From NCBI RefSeq assembly GCF_009834535.1, contig NC_045698.1, positions 250,001-314,000 of the forward strand: a DNA stretch of 64,000 nucleotides. The letters are read 5' to 3'. Below are positions 50,582 through 63,013 of this stretch, one piece after another; position 1 is the first letter of the stretch, and the number at the start of each line of letters is the position of its first letter. The notes below the pieces were generated by a model. That model did no database searches, had not been told where the DNA came from, and saw nothing but the letters and a program-made list of their open reading frames with translations. Position numbers and translations under genes: made by a program. The DNA comes from Camelus ferus (taxonomy: Eukaryota).

Positions 50582-50725
50582 ATGAAGGAGACGGACCGGG
50601 AGGCTGTTGCAACAGCGGTCCAGAGGGTTGCTGGGATGCTTCAGCGCCCAGACCAGCTGGACAAAGTGGAGCAGTATCGCAGAAGAGAGGCCCGGAAGAA
50701 GGCCTCTGTGGAGGCCAGACTGAAG
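50582..50725 (+). CDS. EXOC3: EXOC3 (Sec6) first coding exon [48 protein letters not shown]; exon begins 50524
   Basis: ttccctgcctag acceptor; ACCATGA start context; AAG|gtataa donor; recognised Sec6 N-terminus; missed by the ORF track. Confidence 0.95.
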
Positions 50726-52295
50726 GTATAAGACCAGAGTGGCCACGGGCACCTGCTTCACTCCCAGGAGGGACAGGGCCTTTTATCTCGCCCTTCAGGT
50801 TCCTGCTTAACAGCATCATTGTGAAGATACGAAAAGAGACAGGCTTGAACACTACCTTTACTTAGCACTTTCCTTCCAACAATGTACTGCCAATCAGTAG
50901 ATTTACAGGGAAGGCGATGGGAGTATTGAGAGCACTGAAGGAACCTTTTTAAGCATGGAAGTATGCATTTCACTTTTTGAAAAGCACTAGAATAATAACA
51001 GCTTTTCATATTTATTAAAAGCTCTTCTACCAACGGTCTCCAGAGGGCATTTTGTTTAGATCATTCAGCACACGCAGCAGTAGGCTGACTGTGCCAGGCG
51101 CTCTGCGGGCTCCGGGGTAGGAAGGAGGAGAGCTATTCACATTTATTAGAGTGTGTGAGAGTGAGGCAAGAAAGAAAACCAGTCTTTTATGATTTCGATT
51201 GGCTTTCAACAATTCATTTGGAGAGATGAGGTTTTATTAAAATAATGCACATCTGATATAGTTATTAAAACGTTAACATAGTAGTCTGCTATAGTGGACT
51301 GGCAACACAACAGTCTTGAGGATTTAAGAGATTCCTTTGAGGAAGTTAATTCTCACACGGATATGGCGATGAGGTCACTTCTCTGAAAACATCACATCAT
51401 TAGCATCCAGGTAATGGCAGGTGTGATGAGACAGGAGGAGGATCCTTCATTTGTGCCAGCGAAGCAATCAAAGACCTGTTCGACTAATTTGAAACAATTT
51501 CATATCAATTTAAAAAACAGTTTGGACTTGTTATATTTTTATTCAGAAATTTAATCTGTTTTAGAATCTTGTGGGGTTAACTAACAGTCATCAGTAGTGA
51601 CTTAGAAACCTTGTGTGGTCTGTTGTTAATTACTTTTAAACACAAATTAACGCTCCTGGGTGAAAGGTGTTCTTGGCTTTGATTGTGCTGCCTGGTCTTT
51701 CCTTGCCTGTTCTGTCCACTTGCTGCTGCTCCTTCTTGCCCTCTCCCTTCTGACTCCCTCTCCCTTCTGACTGTGCAGCTCCCCGGGTGGCATTTCCTGG
51801 GCCCTCAGTGTGAGTCTGAGTCTCACACGTACCAGTTCTGTGCAGTGGGGCCGGCCATCTTGGGGCTGAGCCTGGTTCTGGCTGAATGGCTGGACACCCC
51901 TCTCCCCTCAGGTTGATGAGCAAATCCTGACAGTTTCTCCCTCTAGACAAGACCTGTTAGGAAACCGAGGGTCGCCCGGGAGATCATATTTAGAGTCCTA
52001 AGGATGCCATTTCAGGGGCAGCCACCACCTGGGGTGTCCCTACGGTGGTGTCCCACATTTTCAGGCTGAAGGCTAGATGAGGAACTGTGAGATTTTCCCA
52101 GCAAAGCTGTGAAAGCCTAGTTCTGTGCTAAGACAGCAATGAAAAAAGAAAAAGTTCCTTGTGACTCAGATCCTTATTGGACTTTACTCTCTGCTCTGGG
52201 CATTGACTGTTCCCTGAACTGAAGCGTCTCTTCCCTGCATTTGTCCATGGCTGTCCCAGTTCCGCTTACCCCCGCCCCGCCCTTGTCTTCCCTAG

Positions 52296-52515
52296 GCTGC
52301 AATCCAGTCGCAGCTGGACGGGGTGCGCACAGGCCTGAGCCAGCTCCACAGCGCGCTGAGCGATGTCAAGGACATCCAGCGGTCCCTGGCCGACGTCAGC
52401 CAGGACTGGAGGCAGAGCATCAACACCATCGAGAGCCTCAAGGACGTGAAGGACGCCGTCGTGCGGCACAGCCAGCTCGCTGCGGCCGTGGAGAACCTCA
52501 AGAACATCTTCTCAG
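52296..52515 (+). CDS. EXOC3: EXOC3 coding exon ([14 protein letters not shown]...ENLKNIFS)
   Basis: AG/GT bounded; 220 bp, phase 0 to 1. Confidence 0.96.
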
Positions 52516-53699
52516 GTAGTGGACTGGGCGGGGCCACTGTGCTCCCCACGGCTCACATGTTTACTTGCTCTGTGGGAGATACGGGGGCGGTGTGTTTGTG
52601 GACCTGCTCGGAGTGGGTGAGAGGTGTGATTTTTGCCTGCACAGTCAGGTTCTTGTTTTGAACGGGGGTGGATGGTCAGTTGAGTAGGTAAAGACCAGAA
52701 GGCGGCTCGTGGTTCTGGTTTGTTAGGACAGAGGCACCGCCATGGGTAACGGACAGGCGCCGTGTAAGCGGCCTTCCTCAGCTGCAGGGCGGCTCCCCCG
52801 GGCCCTGCTGGTGCAGGGGAATAGAGGTGCAGCACACATCTGGGAAGAGCTCGCAGTCTGTGAGAGAAGCAGCGCCGTGTCCGGGCAGAGGGAGGGTGTG
52901 CACGGGACAGAGGCAGGAGAGAGAGGGGACACGGGGTGGGGCGTGCCCTGGAGTCTCTGTCATTATTGGAGCAGGCCTGGCGGGGTCCTCCGGCCTGGCT
53001 GAGGGGAGGGCCTAGGGGCAGGAGGGCGGGGGAGCGACCTTTGAGAATCAGCAGGAGGAGGAGTGTCCGTGGCCTGTTTGGGATCAGTGTTGGCAGGAAT
53101 TCCCTTCTGGGGCTCCTGGTTGTGTTCAGCATGGCCCCCTCAGGCTCCACCCCCAGGGTCTGTCCCTCCCCTTGTTCCCTGGCCTCTGCCAGGGTCACCA
53201 GCATCCCAGCAAGAAGCCCTGGGATGGTCTAACCCTTGCCTTCCCTTATCTCTTGTCTGGTCTCGGCAGGTTCTCTCTGGCCTTCCCCAGACATGTCTGC
53301 ACTTCCCCCAGCTCTGCTTGACCCTGAGTGTTCCCCTCCACTTACCACTGCACAGTGGCCTTGCTGCTGCCCCGTCACACTGTGGTAGTCTGCGTTCTGT
53401 TCCACCCCGTTCCTCTGGACCCTACGCCTGTGTCTGCCAGCAGCATCGTTGAGTGCATGGCCCCAGTCCCCTGTGCTTGCCCGTCTTCCTGTGGCTGTGT
53501 TCCGGGGCCCTTCTCAAGTCCCTCAGGAGTGACACCACTGCTGACTCCGCGGTGGGTGCTCGGGGGCAGCTCCTCTCGGTGACTGTTAGCTGCCTGGACT
53601 GGGACCGTCTCCCTGCCAGAGTCTCCTTTGTGACGTCTCACAGCCTTCTTGGCCCACTTCTCTCCTCCTGTCATTCCTGTTGGCCGGCAGCACTTCCTG

Positions 53700-54660
53700 C
53701 AGTTTGTGAAACTGCACAGCACCTGTAATGTGTGCTAAGTGAGGCTGAATGAAGCGAGGTGTGCCTGAGCTTGCTCTGCCCCTTTCTTCCTTTTCTGGGG
53801 CTGCACTGGGTCTGCCAGATGGTGTCCCCTGGGTCCCTCAGGCTCCGTCCACTCTTTTTCAGTCCTTTTTTCTTTCTGTTCTTCATACTTGGTCATTTCT
53901 CTTGTCCTGTCTTCAAGTTTGCTGATTTTTTTCTTCTGCTTGTTCAAATCTGCCTTTGAATCCCTAAAGTAAGATTTTCACTTGAGTTGTACTTTTTTAC
54001 CACCAGAAGTTTTCGGTTTCTTTTAAGATTTCTTGTCTTCTCATGGGTATTTCCATTTTGTTCATGTATCCTTTTCTTGACTTCCTCCACATTTTCCTTT
54101 TGTTCTTTGAGCATCTTTGAGTTGTTCAGAGATCTTGTTTAGTCCACGGTCTAGTCTTTCTCAGGGATGGTTTCTGTGGGTTTATTTGCCCTTTGAATCT
54201 CTGTGCTTCCTTCCGTCTCGTGCGCCTTGTGACGCTCTTGTTGTTAAACACCAGATGTTTGGGTCCAGTATCGTGGTGACTCTGGGAATCAGATTTTCCT
54301 CTTTCCCAGGGTATGCTGGCTTTTGATTTTTTGTTTTTGTTTTTGATTGTTGTAGGCTGTCTCTGTTGAGGAACAGGCTGAGATGTAAACTCAAGGTTTT
54401 CTTAGGTCTTTTCTGAAGCTGTGCCTTTGCTGGTCATTTGCAGTCACTTTCTGAGCTCCCCTGTAGATGAGGCTGCTTTTGAATGTCTTGGTCTTTAACA
54501 TCTGGTTTCCAAAAGGGAAAAAGAGAAAAACGAAGGGGAAAAATGGCAGCAGCCCTTTAAACCCCCTGGAAGCCACTTCAGCCAGAGGTGGGTGCGCAGC
54601 AGTGGCCCCGCCTCTGTGTCAGCACCTCTGTCACCAGAGCAGCGGTCAGCAGCCGGAGCA
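53700..54660 (-). mobile_element. Ancient L1 5'/ORF1 fragment, antisense
   Basis: Minus ORF 53735-53947 reads KKKISKLEDRTREMTKYEEQKEKR (L1 ORF1-like). Confidence 0.7.
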
Positions 54661-54693
54661 CAGATCCCCAGCGTTTGGAGGACAGCATCCTTC

Positions 54694-54735
54694 TTGCCAA
54701 CCTTGGCCCCCTTATTGCCAACCTTGGCCCCCTTA
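54694..54735. repeat. Perfect 21-bp tandem duplication
   Basis: TTGCCAACCTTGGCCCCCTTA x2. Confidence 0.9.
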
Positions 54736-55039
54736 AGCTGTCTGCAAGCTGCTCCGGGAACACGTGGCAGGGGTGGTGGGGATGAGGGATGGGGGGTGGG
54801 TAACTGCTACTGTGCTAAGAGCTGAAATACACCCAGATCGCCCACAATTCACTGTCCAGGCCTCCCCTGGAAGCCTCAAGGGCCCAGTAGACTCCGGAGT
54901 TCCGAGTTACTTAGATTCTGTCTGTGCAGGGGTCGTGCAGGTGAGGGCAGACTCCCGGGGCTCCCGTCCCCGCCGTCTGCCCAGAACCTGCATGGTCCCT
55001 TGTCTGGGCTTTCTCAGTGCTGTTGTGTCTCTACCCTAG

Positions 55040-55721
55040 TGCCTGAGATCGTGAGGGAGACGCGGGACCTCATAGAGCAAGGGGCACTCCTGCAGGCCCA
55101 CCGGAAGCTGATGGACCTGGAGTGCTCCCGGGACGGGCTGCTGCACGAGCAGTACCGCATGGACAGCGGGAACACGCGCGACATGAGCCTCATCCACAGC
55201 TACTTCGGGAGCACGCAGGCGCTCTCGGACGAGCTGGCCAAGCAGCTGTGGATGGTGCTGCAGAGGTGCCTGGGCACTGTTCGCCGGGACCCCACCCTGC
55301 TGGTCTCAGTCGTCAGAATCATCGAAAGGGAAGAGAAAATCGACAGGCGCATACTTGACCGGAAGAAGCAGACTGGCTTTGTGCCTCCAGGGCGGCCCAA
55401 GAACTGGAAGGAGAAGATGTTCACCGTCCTGGACAGAACTGTGACCACGAGGATTGAGGGCACGCAGGCGGGCACCAGGGAGTCCGACAGGATGTGGCTT
55501 GTTCGCCACCTGGAGATCATACGGAAGTACGTCCTGGACGACCTCATTGTCGCCAAGAACCTGATGGCCCAGTGCTTCCCTCCCCATTACGAGATGTTCA
55601 GCAACCTCCTGCGCATGTACCGCCAGGCCCTGAGCACACGCATGCAGGAGCTTGCGTCAGAAGACCTGGAAGCCAACGAGATCGTGAGCCTGTTGACATG
55701 GGTCTTGAACACCTACACGAG
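55040..55721 (+). CDS. EXOC3: EXOC3 coding exon (VPEIVRET...LLTWVLNTYT)
   Basis: ccctag acceptor and gtaact donor; 682 bp, phase 1 to 2; lies within ORF 55000-55725. Confidence 0.97.
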
Positions 55722-57408
55722 GTAACTGCGCCCTCGCACCATGTGCTTCTTGTCTCGTCCAGCTGTGAGACGTGCCGGGTCATCTCGCTCAAGGCGTCTG
55801 CTGGCTGATGGGTCTCTCTCCTGGCCTGTCTGCTCCCCAGGCCGGGCCCTGCCCTGCGGGCTCGCGCTTTGGTGTCGGTGGTGCCTAGGCCCTGGACTTC
55901 AGCTGTGCTGACGCCGGGTACTCACCGCGCTGACCCGCTTCCTCCTGTGGTAGCACCTGAGCGAGGGGTGGGGGGGTCACCCACTGGTCCCGTGACGCCC
56001 CATGACCTGCAGAGTCAGCTGGCTCTGAGGAGACACCAGCTCGCTTCTCCTGGCTCTGACAGCCCTGCGTTTGCTTTTTTCCCGCCGCTGTGCTGGGAAG
56101 ACCAGTGTCTTTTCTGCATTTCAGCCTTAAGGTTTTGTCGTAAAAGGGGCGTGAGCCACTTTGTGCACGTCTCAGCTTGAGGGAGGGTCTGAAAGGCCCT
56201 CCCAGTGGTGGCGGTGCTTGAGGAGGGGCCTGCAGAGAGGAGGACACAGTATCCCAGCCTGTCTTGTTGCTAGTTAGAACTTAAGTAAGCCTCTCATTCT
56301 AGCAGTAGCTTTTGGGATATTTCTGTTCGTGTTTTGTTTTTAGGTAACTATTTATAATAAAGGATATGTGCATTTTCCACAGAACATTGTAAAGAAAGGA
56401 ACCGTGACCACCGTGGTGGTGCGGCTTTACCGTGTGGGGCCCGGGCCTCATTGCCTCCTGCGCTGCCCCCCGTGATCTGGGGTTCCTGCACGCGGGTCCC
56501 GGTGGGCCACCCCTGAGGGGCACAGCCACCGTCCCGTGGACTTGAGGGATTTGAGGCACAGGGAGGACCACCCCCGAGGGCGTGCGGCTAGGGCTGGGGA
56601 GCAGGTTGGATTCCGGGCTCCGGGCGTGCCTGTGCTCTGGCCCAGCCGCTGGGTGAGTGCTGTGCGCCCGCGCGGTTCACGCGGCACGTCCTAGGTGCTG
56701 GTCTGTCCTTGGAAACTTTGACAGCTTCGTGTGGGTCACCACGTTCTGTCACGTGGGACTTCCTCACAAGGAAAGTTGAACTGCTTTCATGCTAGACACA
56801 TTTTCAGGCTGAATTACAGTTCTTGGGCAAAAATAATCTAGATGGTCAATAGTTTTTTAGCATTTGCAGACGTTCATGCAGAATTTTCTCACTCAGGAGG
56901 ACCTTAGATTTCTTATGGGTGGTGGACTAGCTGTTAGTACTTTCTTGTGGATAAGGCATGAGTTTTCTGAGCAGTCGGACCTTGGACTTACAGGAACCCA
57001 GCCACACCCCTAGGTATTATATGTTTTTTATAAAAGTGTTTTTCTGAGGCTCGGTCCACATCCCCATCTCCCTAGGCACGAGATGCTCTTCCTTGCTGCC
57101 TCGTGTGTCGGCACAAACATCACATGCTCTCTGCTCCGGTCCTTGGGTCCTTGTCACCTTGCAGGGATCAGCAGTGCCAACCTTAGTGCTTGTCTGTTGT
57201 TCGCTGCTGTCCTGTCAGCCCCTCCCGTCTGCCAGGCCCCCGTCTCCCTGGAGGCGCCCCTGGGGGAGCAGACGCCTCACCCCTGGCCGCCAGGCCTGCC
57301 TCCCCTCCCACCGCCTCGGGGGTGGCTGGGCATGTGCACGTCTGAAGTGGCAGCAGAGCGCGCTGTTGGCCTGCAGCAGGTCTGTCTCACCCCTGGTCTT
57401 CCCCATAG

Positions 57409-57526
57409 TGCGGAGATGATGGGCAACGCGGAGCTGGTCCCGGAGGTGGACGCCAGCAACCTGGAGCCTTTGCTTTCTCCGAACGTGGTCTCTGCGCTGC
57501 TGGACACGTACATGTCGACGCTGACT
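57409..57526 (+). CDS. EXOC3: EXOC3 coding exon (AEMMGNAELVPE...YMSTLT)
   Basis: AG/GT bounded; 118 bp, phase 2 to 0. Confidence 0.96.
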
Positions 57527-58205
57527 GTGAGTGGGAGGCGAGCGTCCCAGGCAGGCGGTGTCTGGTGCACAGACAGCCAGGGGGCAAGGGCAGGCGCCGG
57601 ACCCTGTCTTGGCATTGACTTCCCAAGCACGTGAGGGCTGTTTCTGGAAAGTGGGTGCGGAGATGTGTGTTTGCCAGTGAGGTGAGGAGAGGAGAGTGGC
57701 CCTTCTCTGGCCCTGGATTTAGAAGCTGTCTGGGGCGTCCATCCTGCAAGTGGGAACCTCCTCTGGCTGGAGGATGAGTCTGCCGGTCTCAGTGCTGAGC
57801 CTGGGAGTGGGAGGAGGGTAGGCAAGGGATGGAATGCCGCCCGGTGACCTCCAGGTGGCTCCAGAGTAAGATGCCATGGTTGGGGTCTGCTCCTGGGACA
57901 TGGTGAGCCTGACACCAGCCAGTGCTGACCGGGGCTCTGATGCAGTGCTGGGAAGCAGGGCAGCCCTGTGCTCCTGAGGTGACAGTGGTGGGTCTGGTCT
58001 CCAGGGATGGGCCTGCCTCCAGCATGACCGTCGTCCAAAGGGTTAAGTCGACAGAGGCTGGGGGACACCGCCCAGTGGAGGTGGCTCGAGGGGTGGTCCC
58101 AACTGGTGTCCCCTTGCTTGGGGACAGAGCTTCCCTCTGCAGCTGCTCCACTGAAGAGCGGCCTACTGACTCCGAGGCCTGTTGTCTTCTCCCTTCCTGG
58201 CCCAG

Positions 58206-58331
58206 TCGAACATCATTGCCTGGCTGCGGAAGGCCCTGGAAACAGACCGGAAGGACTGGGTGAAGGAGACTGAACCCGAAGCTGACCAGGACGGCTACTA
58301 CCAGACCACACTCCCCGCCATCGTCTTCCAG
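58206..58331 (+). CDS. EXOC3: EXOC3 coding exon ([14 protein letters not shown]...LPAIVFQ)
   Basis: AG/GT bounded; 126 bp, phase 0 to 0. Confidence 0.96.
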
Positions 58332-59318
58332 GTGCGCCCGGCCTTGGCCAGTCCTGCGCGGCCTGGGTTTGCGGGCTCACAACACACAAGCCTGCTTGTG
58401 CAGAGACGGCGAGAGCCTGCCGCTCTCCGGATTTGAGGACCCGGGGGCCGGGCTTGCCAGCGCTCCGCAGTCCCATGGTCGCTGTTGCTGTTTTTCTGAT
58501 GTATTTGGTCTTAAACCAGAACCTAACTATATGTTATGTGTGTGTGGTGCTCAGGTTTGAGTTTGCTTGTTTGTTTCTCGATGTAAATGCCCAGGATTTG
58601 TCTTCGTAAATGCTACCTAAGTGAGTAATCTGACGCATCTAGGGACGAGTCCTCTAGATTTCAGCCATCATTATGAGTGTGTTTTCGCAGCTGGCCTGCT
58701 TCTCGGTGCCCGGCACCTGCTGGTGTCCCCTGCTTTCCTTCCCCTCCTGGCCGCCCACCTTCCTCTGATAACAGTAGCTGGTGGTGGGTGGGCTGAGTCG
58801 ACTTGGGATGGTCTCCTTCTGCTGACACGGCTTGGCTGCCCGCTGGGCTCTGGGTGATCCTGCTAGTCAGCGGCACACCGGGCTCCCCCTTCCCCTCATT
58901 CTGGGGTGAGCTCTGCCCTCTGGCCCTTCTCCATCTTACCACATCTGGCTCCCCTCAGCTCCTGTGAGTCCTAGTTCTTAGGAAACCCACGTCACAAATG
59001 ACTGCCCGGCCCCTGGTTCCCACGTGACCCCAGCCACCCCAGCCACCCCGATCCCCAGGCCCCTCGTCTCCTGGTGAGAACGCACACTGCCCCCTTTGTA
59101 GGCTAGCCGTTTGCAAGTGATGAGGAAATGATTCACTAGGTTTTACCCAGTGGGAAAGTTTTGTTTGTTTAACTAGCTTTATTGTTTTTCAAGTGGTTTC
59201 GTTTTTTTCTCTGAATTTGGATAATCTTAACTACCAGGCAGCAGATGGGGGCTTACATAATGGGAAACTTGCACTCTTGTGAGTTTGTATCAGAATTCAT
59301 AAGTTCTCCAACTTTTAG

Positions 59319-59419
59319 ATGTTTGAACAGAACCTTCAAGTCGCTTCTCAGATAAGTGAAGATTTGAAAACGAAGGTACTAGTTTTGTGTCTTCAGCAAA
59401 TGAACTCTTTCTTAAGTAG
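59319..59419 (+). CDS. EXOC3: EXOC3 coding exon ([33 protein letters not shown])
   Basis: ttttag acceptor and gtatgt donor; 101 bp, phase 0 to 2. Confidence 0.96.
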
Positions 59420-59450
59420 GTATGTATTCTTGCCAGTGTGCTCATTTAGA

Positions 59451-59474
59451 GTGTGTGTGTGTGTGTGTGTGTGT
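59451..59474. repeat. (GT)12 microsatellite
   Basis: Repeat visible directly, ~30 nt downstream of a donor. Confidence 0.95.
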
Positions 59475-61311
59475 TTTAATGAAAAGCAAAAATTTGTATC
59501 AAAGAATTCAACCCTGGATTCCCTATAGATACCTCCTTTGTTACGTAGAATTTGAGCCTTTTCCTACTATCTTCCCTTTGAACTGATTCCACATCCCCTG
59601 AGGTCCCAGACATGCTTTTGGCGTGGGGGGGCGCTGCCGCAGTGCGGCGTCAGAGCCCCCTTCAGGCAGCGTCCCCGTGTCCTGGTTCCACCACCAGCAG
59701 AGCCCGCCCTCCACGGCAACACCTCCTCCCTCGGAATTGTTCCCAAGGAAGGTTTTCCAGTGTACACAAGCTTAGAAAGAAAGGCGTAAAGAACTTACCC
59801 CATCATCTTGGTTCAAAAGCCATTCCCTTTGAAGCCACCTCGCCTCTCCTGGTTTCCCTCCCCTCACTCTGCGGAAGTACAGGTGACTTGAATGATGGGT
59901 GGGACGCTGACCACCTGGGGCAGCGGGAATGCACGCTCACGGCCCTGCAGCCCTGCCATCGGGGTTCTGCACCCACACTCCACCCGCCTCAGGTGGCGCG
60001 GTGCTGTCTTGGGAACCGGCTGTGTGTGAGCGGACCCGCGCAGTTCACACCCATGCTGTTCCAGGGTTGGCTGTCCTTTAGAGCAAATCCCAGACTTTGT
60101 GGCCTTTCATCTGCTACCCTAACTACTGTGCCACTGGCCCGTGTGAAACGTGCACAAGCCTTCTGGGGGCCCATCCGGCTGGAGGCCCATCCATCCGGGG
60201 GACCCAGCCAAGTTTGTGTTGGGTTTTCCTGCTGATCTCGAGCCTGTCTGCTTATAGCTGTGTGCTCGGACCAGGCTGGCAGAGGCTCTGCCTCGTGGGG
60301 CACAGTACAGCAGCCCCCCAGGCCCCTGGTTTGTGGGGACGCACAGGTCATCCTGCACAGCATCTCCTGGCCTGGCCCTCGAGGGGCTGTTTGCCCCCAA
60401 CCACAGGTTGGCTCTGAAGGCTGTGGGGCTCCTCTGTGCTTACTCACTGCTTTGCAAGGGCCTCACATTATGTCTGTCAGGGGACGCAAGTCCCTTGTCC
60501 CTCGTCCTGCTCTGGTGGCTCAGTGCTGACAGCAGGCCCCTCACCTAGAACCCTGTTGGCTGGCCATCCAGGGGGTCAGGGCCTGAACCCCCAAGCCTGT
60601 CCGTCCGTAATGGTCGTGGCCTGAGTTAGACACCTTGTTGGAAGAATGAGGTGGGATTTTTCCACAAAGGGGAAGTTTTCCTCATCAGCCTTAGTTGTTT
60701 GATTACCTGAGCCCCACTTCGGACAGAAAGGTGGAAAAATGCTTTATCATGTCCCTTCAGTTGCCCATTTTCAGTTTGCTCTTTTCTTAAGATCTACTGT
60801 TTTACTGTTCTTCTACCCCACGCATTTGAGAATCCCCATCGTAAGTTCAAAACGAAATATGTGGGTATCTCAGTGGTTTGTATTCTTGACTCCTTAAAGA
60901 ATCTAAGTTATTTTTAATTTGATTTCTTCAGGGAAAGTTTCAGAAAAGGACATTTGTCTGACACTTGGTAGTGTTCCCAACACTGTTGTATGTGTTTCTA
61001 GATGAGTTATATGTCAGACAAAATAAAACTTTCCAAGTTACTTGCATGTATTTCAGAATGTTTCTATAATCAAAATATGAGCCACATTTCAAAGCCTGAT
61101 GTGAAATTAAATTTTAATCCATGTAAGATGATTAACTTCTCTGTTCTTCTGTTAGTGTAGTTTGCCTCCGCCCTACAAATGTTTTGTTTTTAAAGACTCA
61201 TCTGGTCAGACATTAGTGATGCAGAATTCATCTGTCAGGCGTAATGTCTGCGTGGTGCCGCAGACCCTCGGGGTTCTTCTGTGCTCTGACGCGGGCTGTG
61301 TGTGTCCCCAG

Positions 61312-61422
61312 GTACCGGGAGGAGGCGCAGGTGTACAAGGAGGAGCACCTGAGGAACCGGCAGCACCCGCACTGCTACGTTCAGTACATGATCGCTGTCA
61401 TTAACAACTGCCAGACCTTCAA
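61312..61422 (+). CDS. EXOC3: EXOC3 coding exon ([36 protein letters not shown])
   Basis: AG/GT bounded; 111 bp, phase 2 to 2. Confidence 0.96.
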
Positions 61423-61503
61423 GTGAGGGGCCTGGGGGCGCGCCAGGGTGGGGGCAGGGCCGGATCGAGGTCCCCTCACCCAGCCCTCACTGCTTCCTTG
61501 CAG

Positions 61504-61654
61504 AGAATCCGTAGTCAGTTTGAAGAGGAAGTATCTGAAAAGTGAGGGGGAAGCAAGTGTGTCCCTGAGCCAGCCGAGCATGGACGGGCTTCTGGACGCC
61601 ATCGCCAAGGAGGGCTGTGGCAGCCTGCTGGAGGAGGTCTTCCTGGACCTGGAG
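61504..61654 (+). CDS. EXOC3: EXOC3 coding exon (ESVVSLKRKYLK...EEVFLDLE)
   Basis: Follows an 81-bp intron; 151 bp, phase 2 to 0. Confidence 0.96.
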
Positions 61655-61959
61655 GTGGGCGCTTTCTCCTCCCACCACAGGCGGCCTGAGCCGCGTGCAC
61701 ATTTGTCTGCGGCGGGGGTCAAGCCTGTGCTTCTCTGGGCCGTGGGTGCTGCGTGTGACGCAGGCCCGCATTGGGGGCCCGCTGGCGGGTAATTGGGTAG
61801 AGACATCTGGTAAAACTCAGAGACCGAGCTACTCGGTGGAATGCCAAGTAGAAACAAGGCTGATTGTGCTCATTAGCAAATCCTCGATAGAAGAGCCATA
61901 CTGGGAGCACGTGCCGGCCGCACACACTTCACAAGGCTGGGCTGGGTTTTGAGCCAAGG

Positions 61960-62700
61960 TGCAGAACACTGTCTGACCAAGTGCGCTCAGATCATGTCAA
62001 AGGCACAACACACGATGAACAAGTAAGTGTACTTCAGAAATACAGGAATGGCTCGGCATTGTCTAGAATTGGTGGAAACCAGAATATACTTTAAAAATAG
62101 AACCATGATCATCTTGGGTCCTGCTGGGTAGGAACTCTTGGGGTGACTGGTGGGATAATTCTGTCATGTCTGTAATTTTCTCGAAAGTGGTTTAGAAAAC
62201 AGATGACATGTATGCATTTAAAATTACTTCACAGTATTAGAAAAGACAAAATGAAAGGGAAATAGACAAAAGACACAGAGAACTATTTCACAAAGATTAT
62301 AAACGTCCTAAAATGAAACAAAACAGTCTTACGTGTCCTCTTCAGAGAAATGCAGATCAAACTGAATATTCCTGTTGCTTAGCAAGACAGCAGGGATTAG
62401 GAACATTGCTACCACGTGGGGTTGAGGGCACGAGAAGAGAGACTCGTATTCGCTATAGAACTGTGAATCGGTACAGTGTTTGGAGACAGTTTGGAAACCA
62501 TTATCGAGGTTTTAGCTGCATACTTTCTGACTGAGCAGTTCCACTTTTAGGAATTTCACCTAAAGGTAGATTCACTGCAGCATTTTTTGTAATTGCAGAA
62601 TGTGAGAAATTTTAACTGTCTGTCAGAGTTGGTCAGTAACAGAGAATCCACATAATAAATGGATGTAGTCAGTTAAGATAAAATGTGTATGCACCAATAC
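61960..62700 (+). mobile_element. Very old L1 fragments, sense
   Basis: A-rich; GGTACAGTGTTTGGAGACAGTTTGG...CAGTTCCACTTTTAGGAATTT resembles L1ME 3' sequence. Confidence 0.5.
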
Positions 62701-62890
62701 CTACACTGAGTGTAGCGTAAATCTCATGTAGTTAAAGTGTGTATTTGCAGAGTGTTACAGGAGTATTGCTGTCACAGTCGGAAGGAACGTCAGGCAGATG
62801 CAGGAAGGTGGGCCCTGTGTGCCACCCTCCCGATGACTCAGTCACGTGGGGACAGTGTCCAGGGGTGTTTTCTGTGGTCTGTGCTTTCAG

Positions 62891-63013
62891 CAACATCTCA
62901 GTGAGCTGATGACGAAGAAGTGGCTGTTAGGCTCGAACGCCGTGGACATCATCTGTGTCACCGTGGAAGACTATTTCAATGATTTTGCCAAAATTAAAAA
63001 GCCTTATAAAAAG
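62891..63013 (+). CDS. EXOC3: EXOC3 coding exon (QHLSELMTKKWLLGSNAVDIICVTVEDYFNDFAKIKKPYKK); gene continues past the window
   Basis: ctttcag acceptor and gtaaga donor; 123 bp, phase 0 to 0. Confidence 0.96.
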
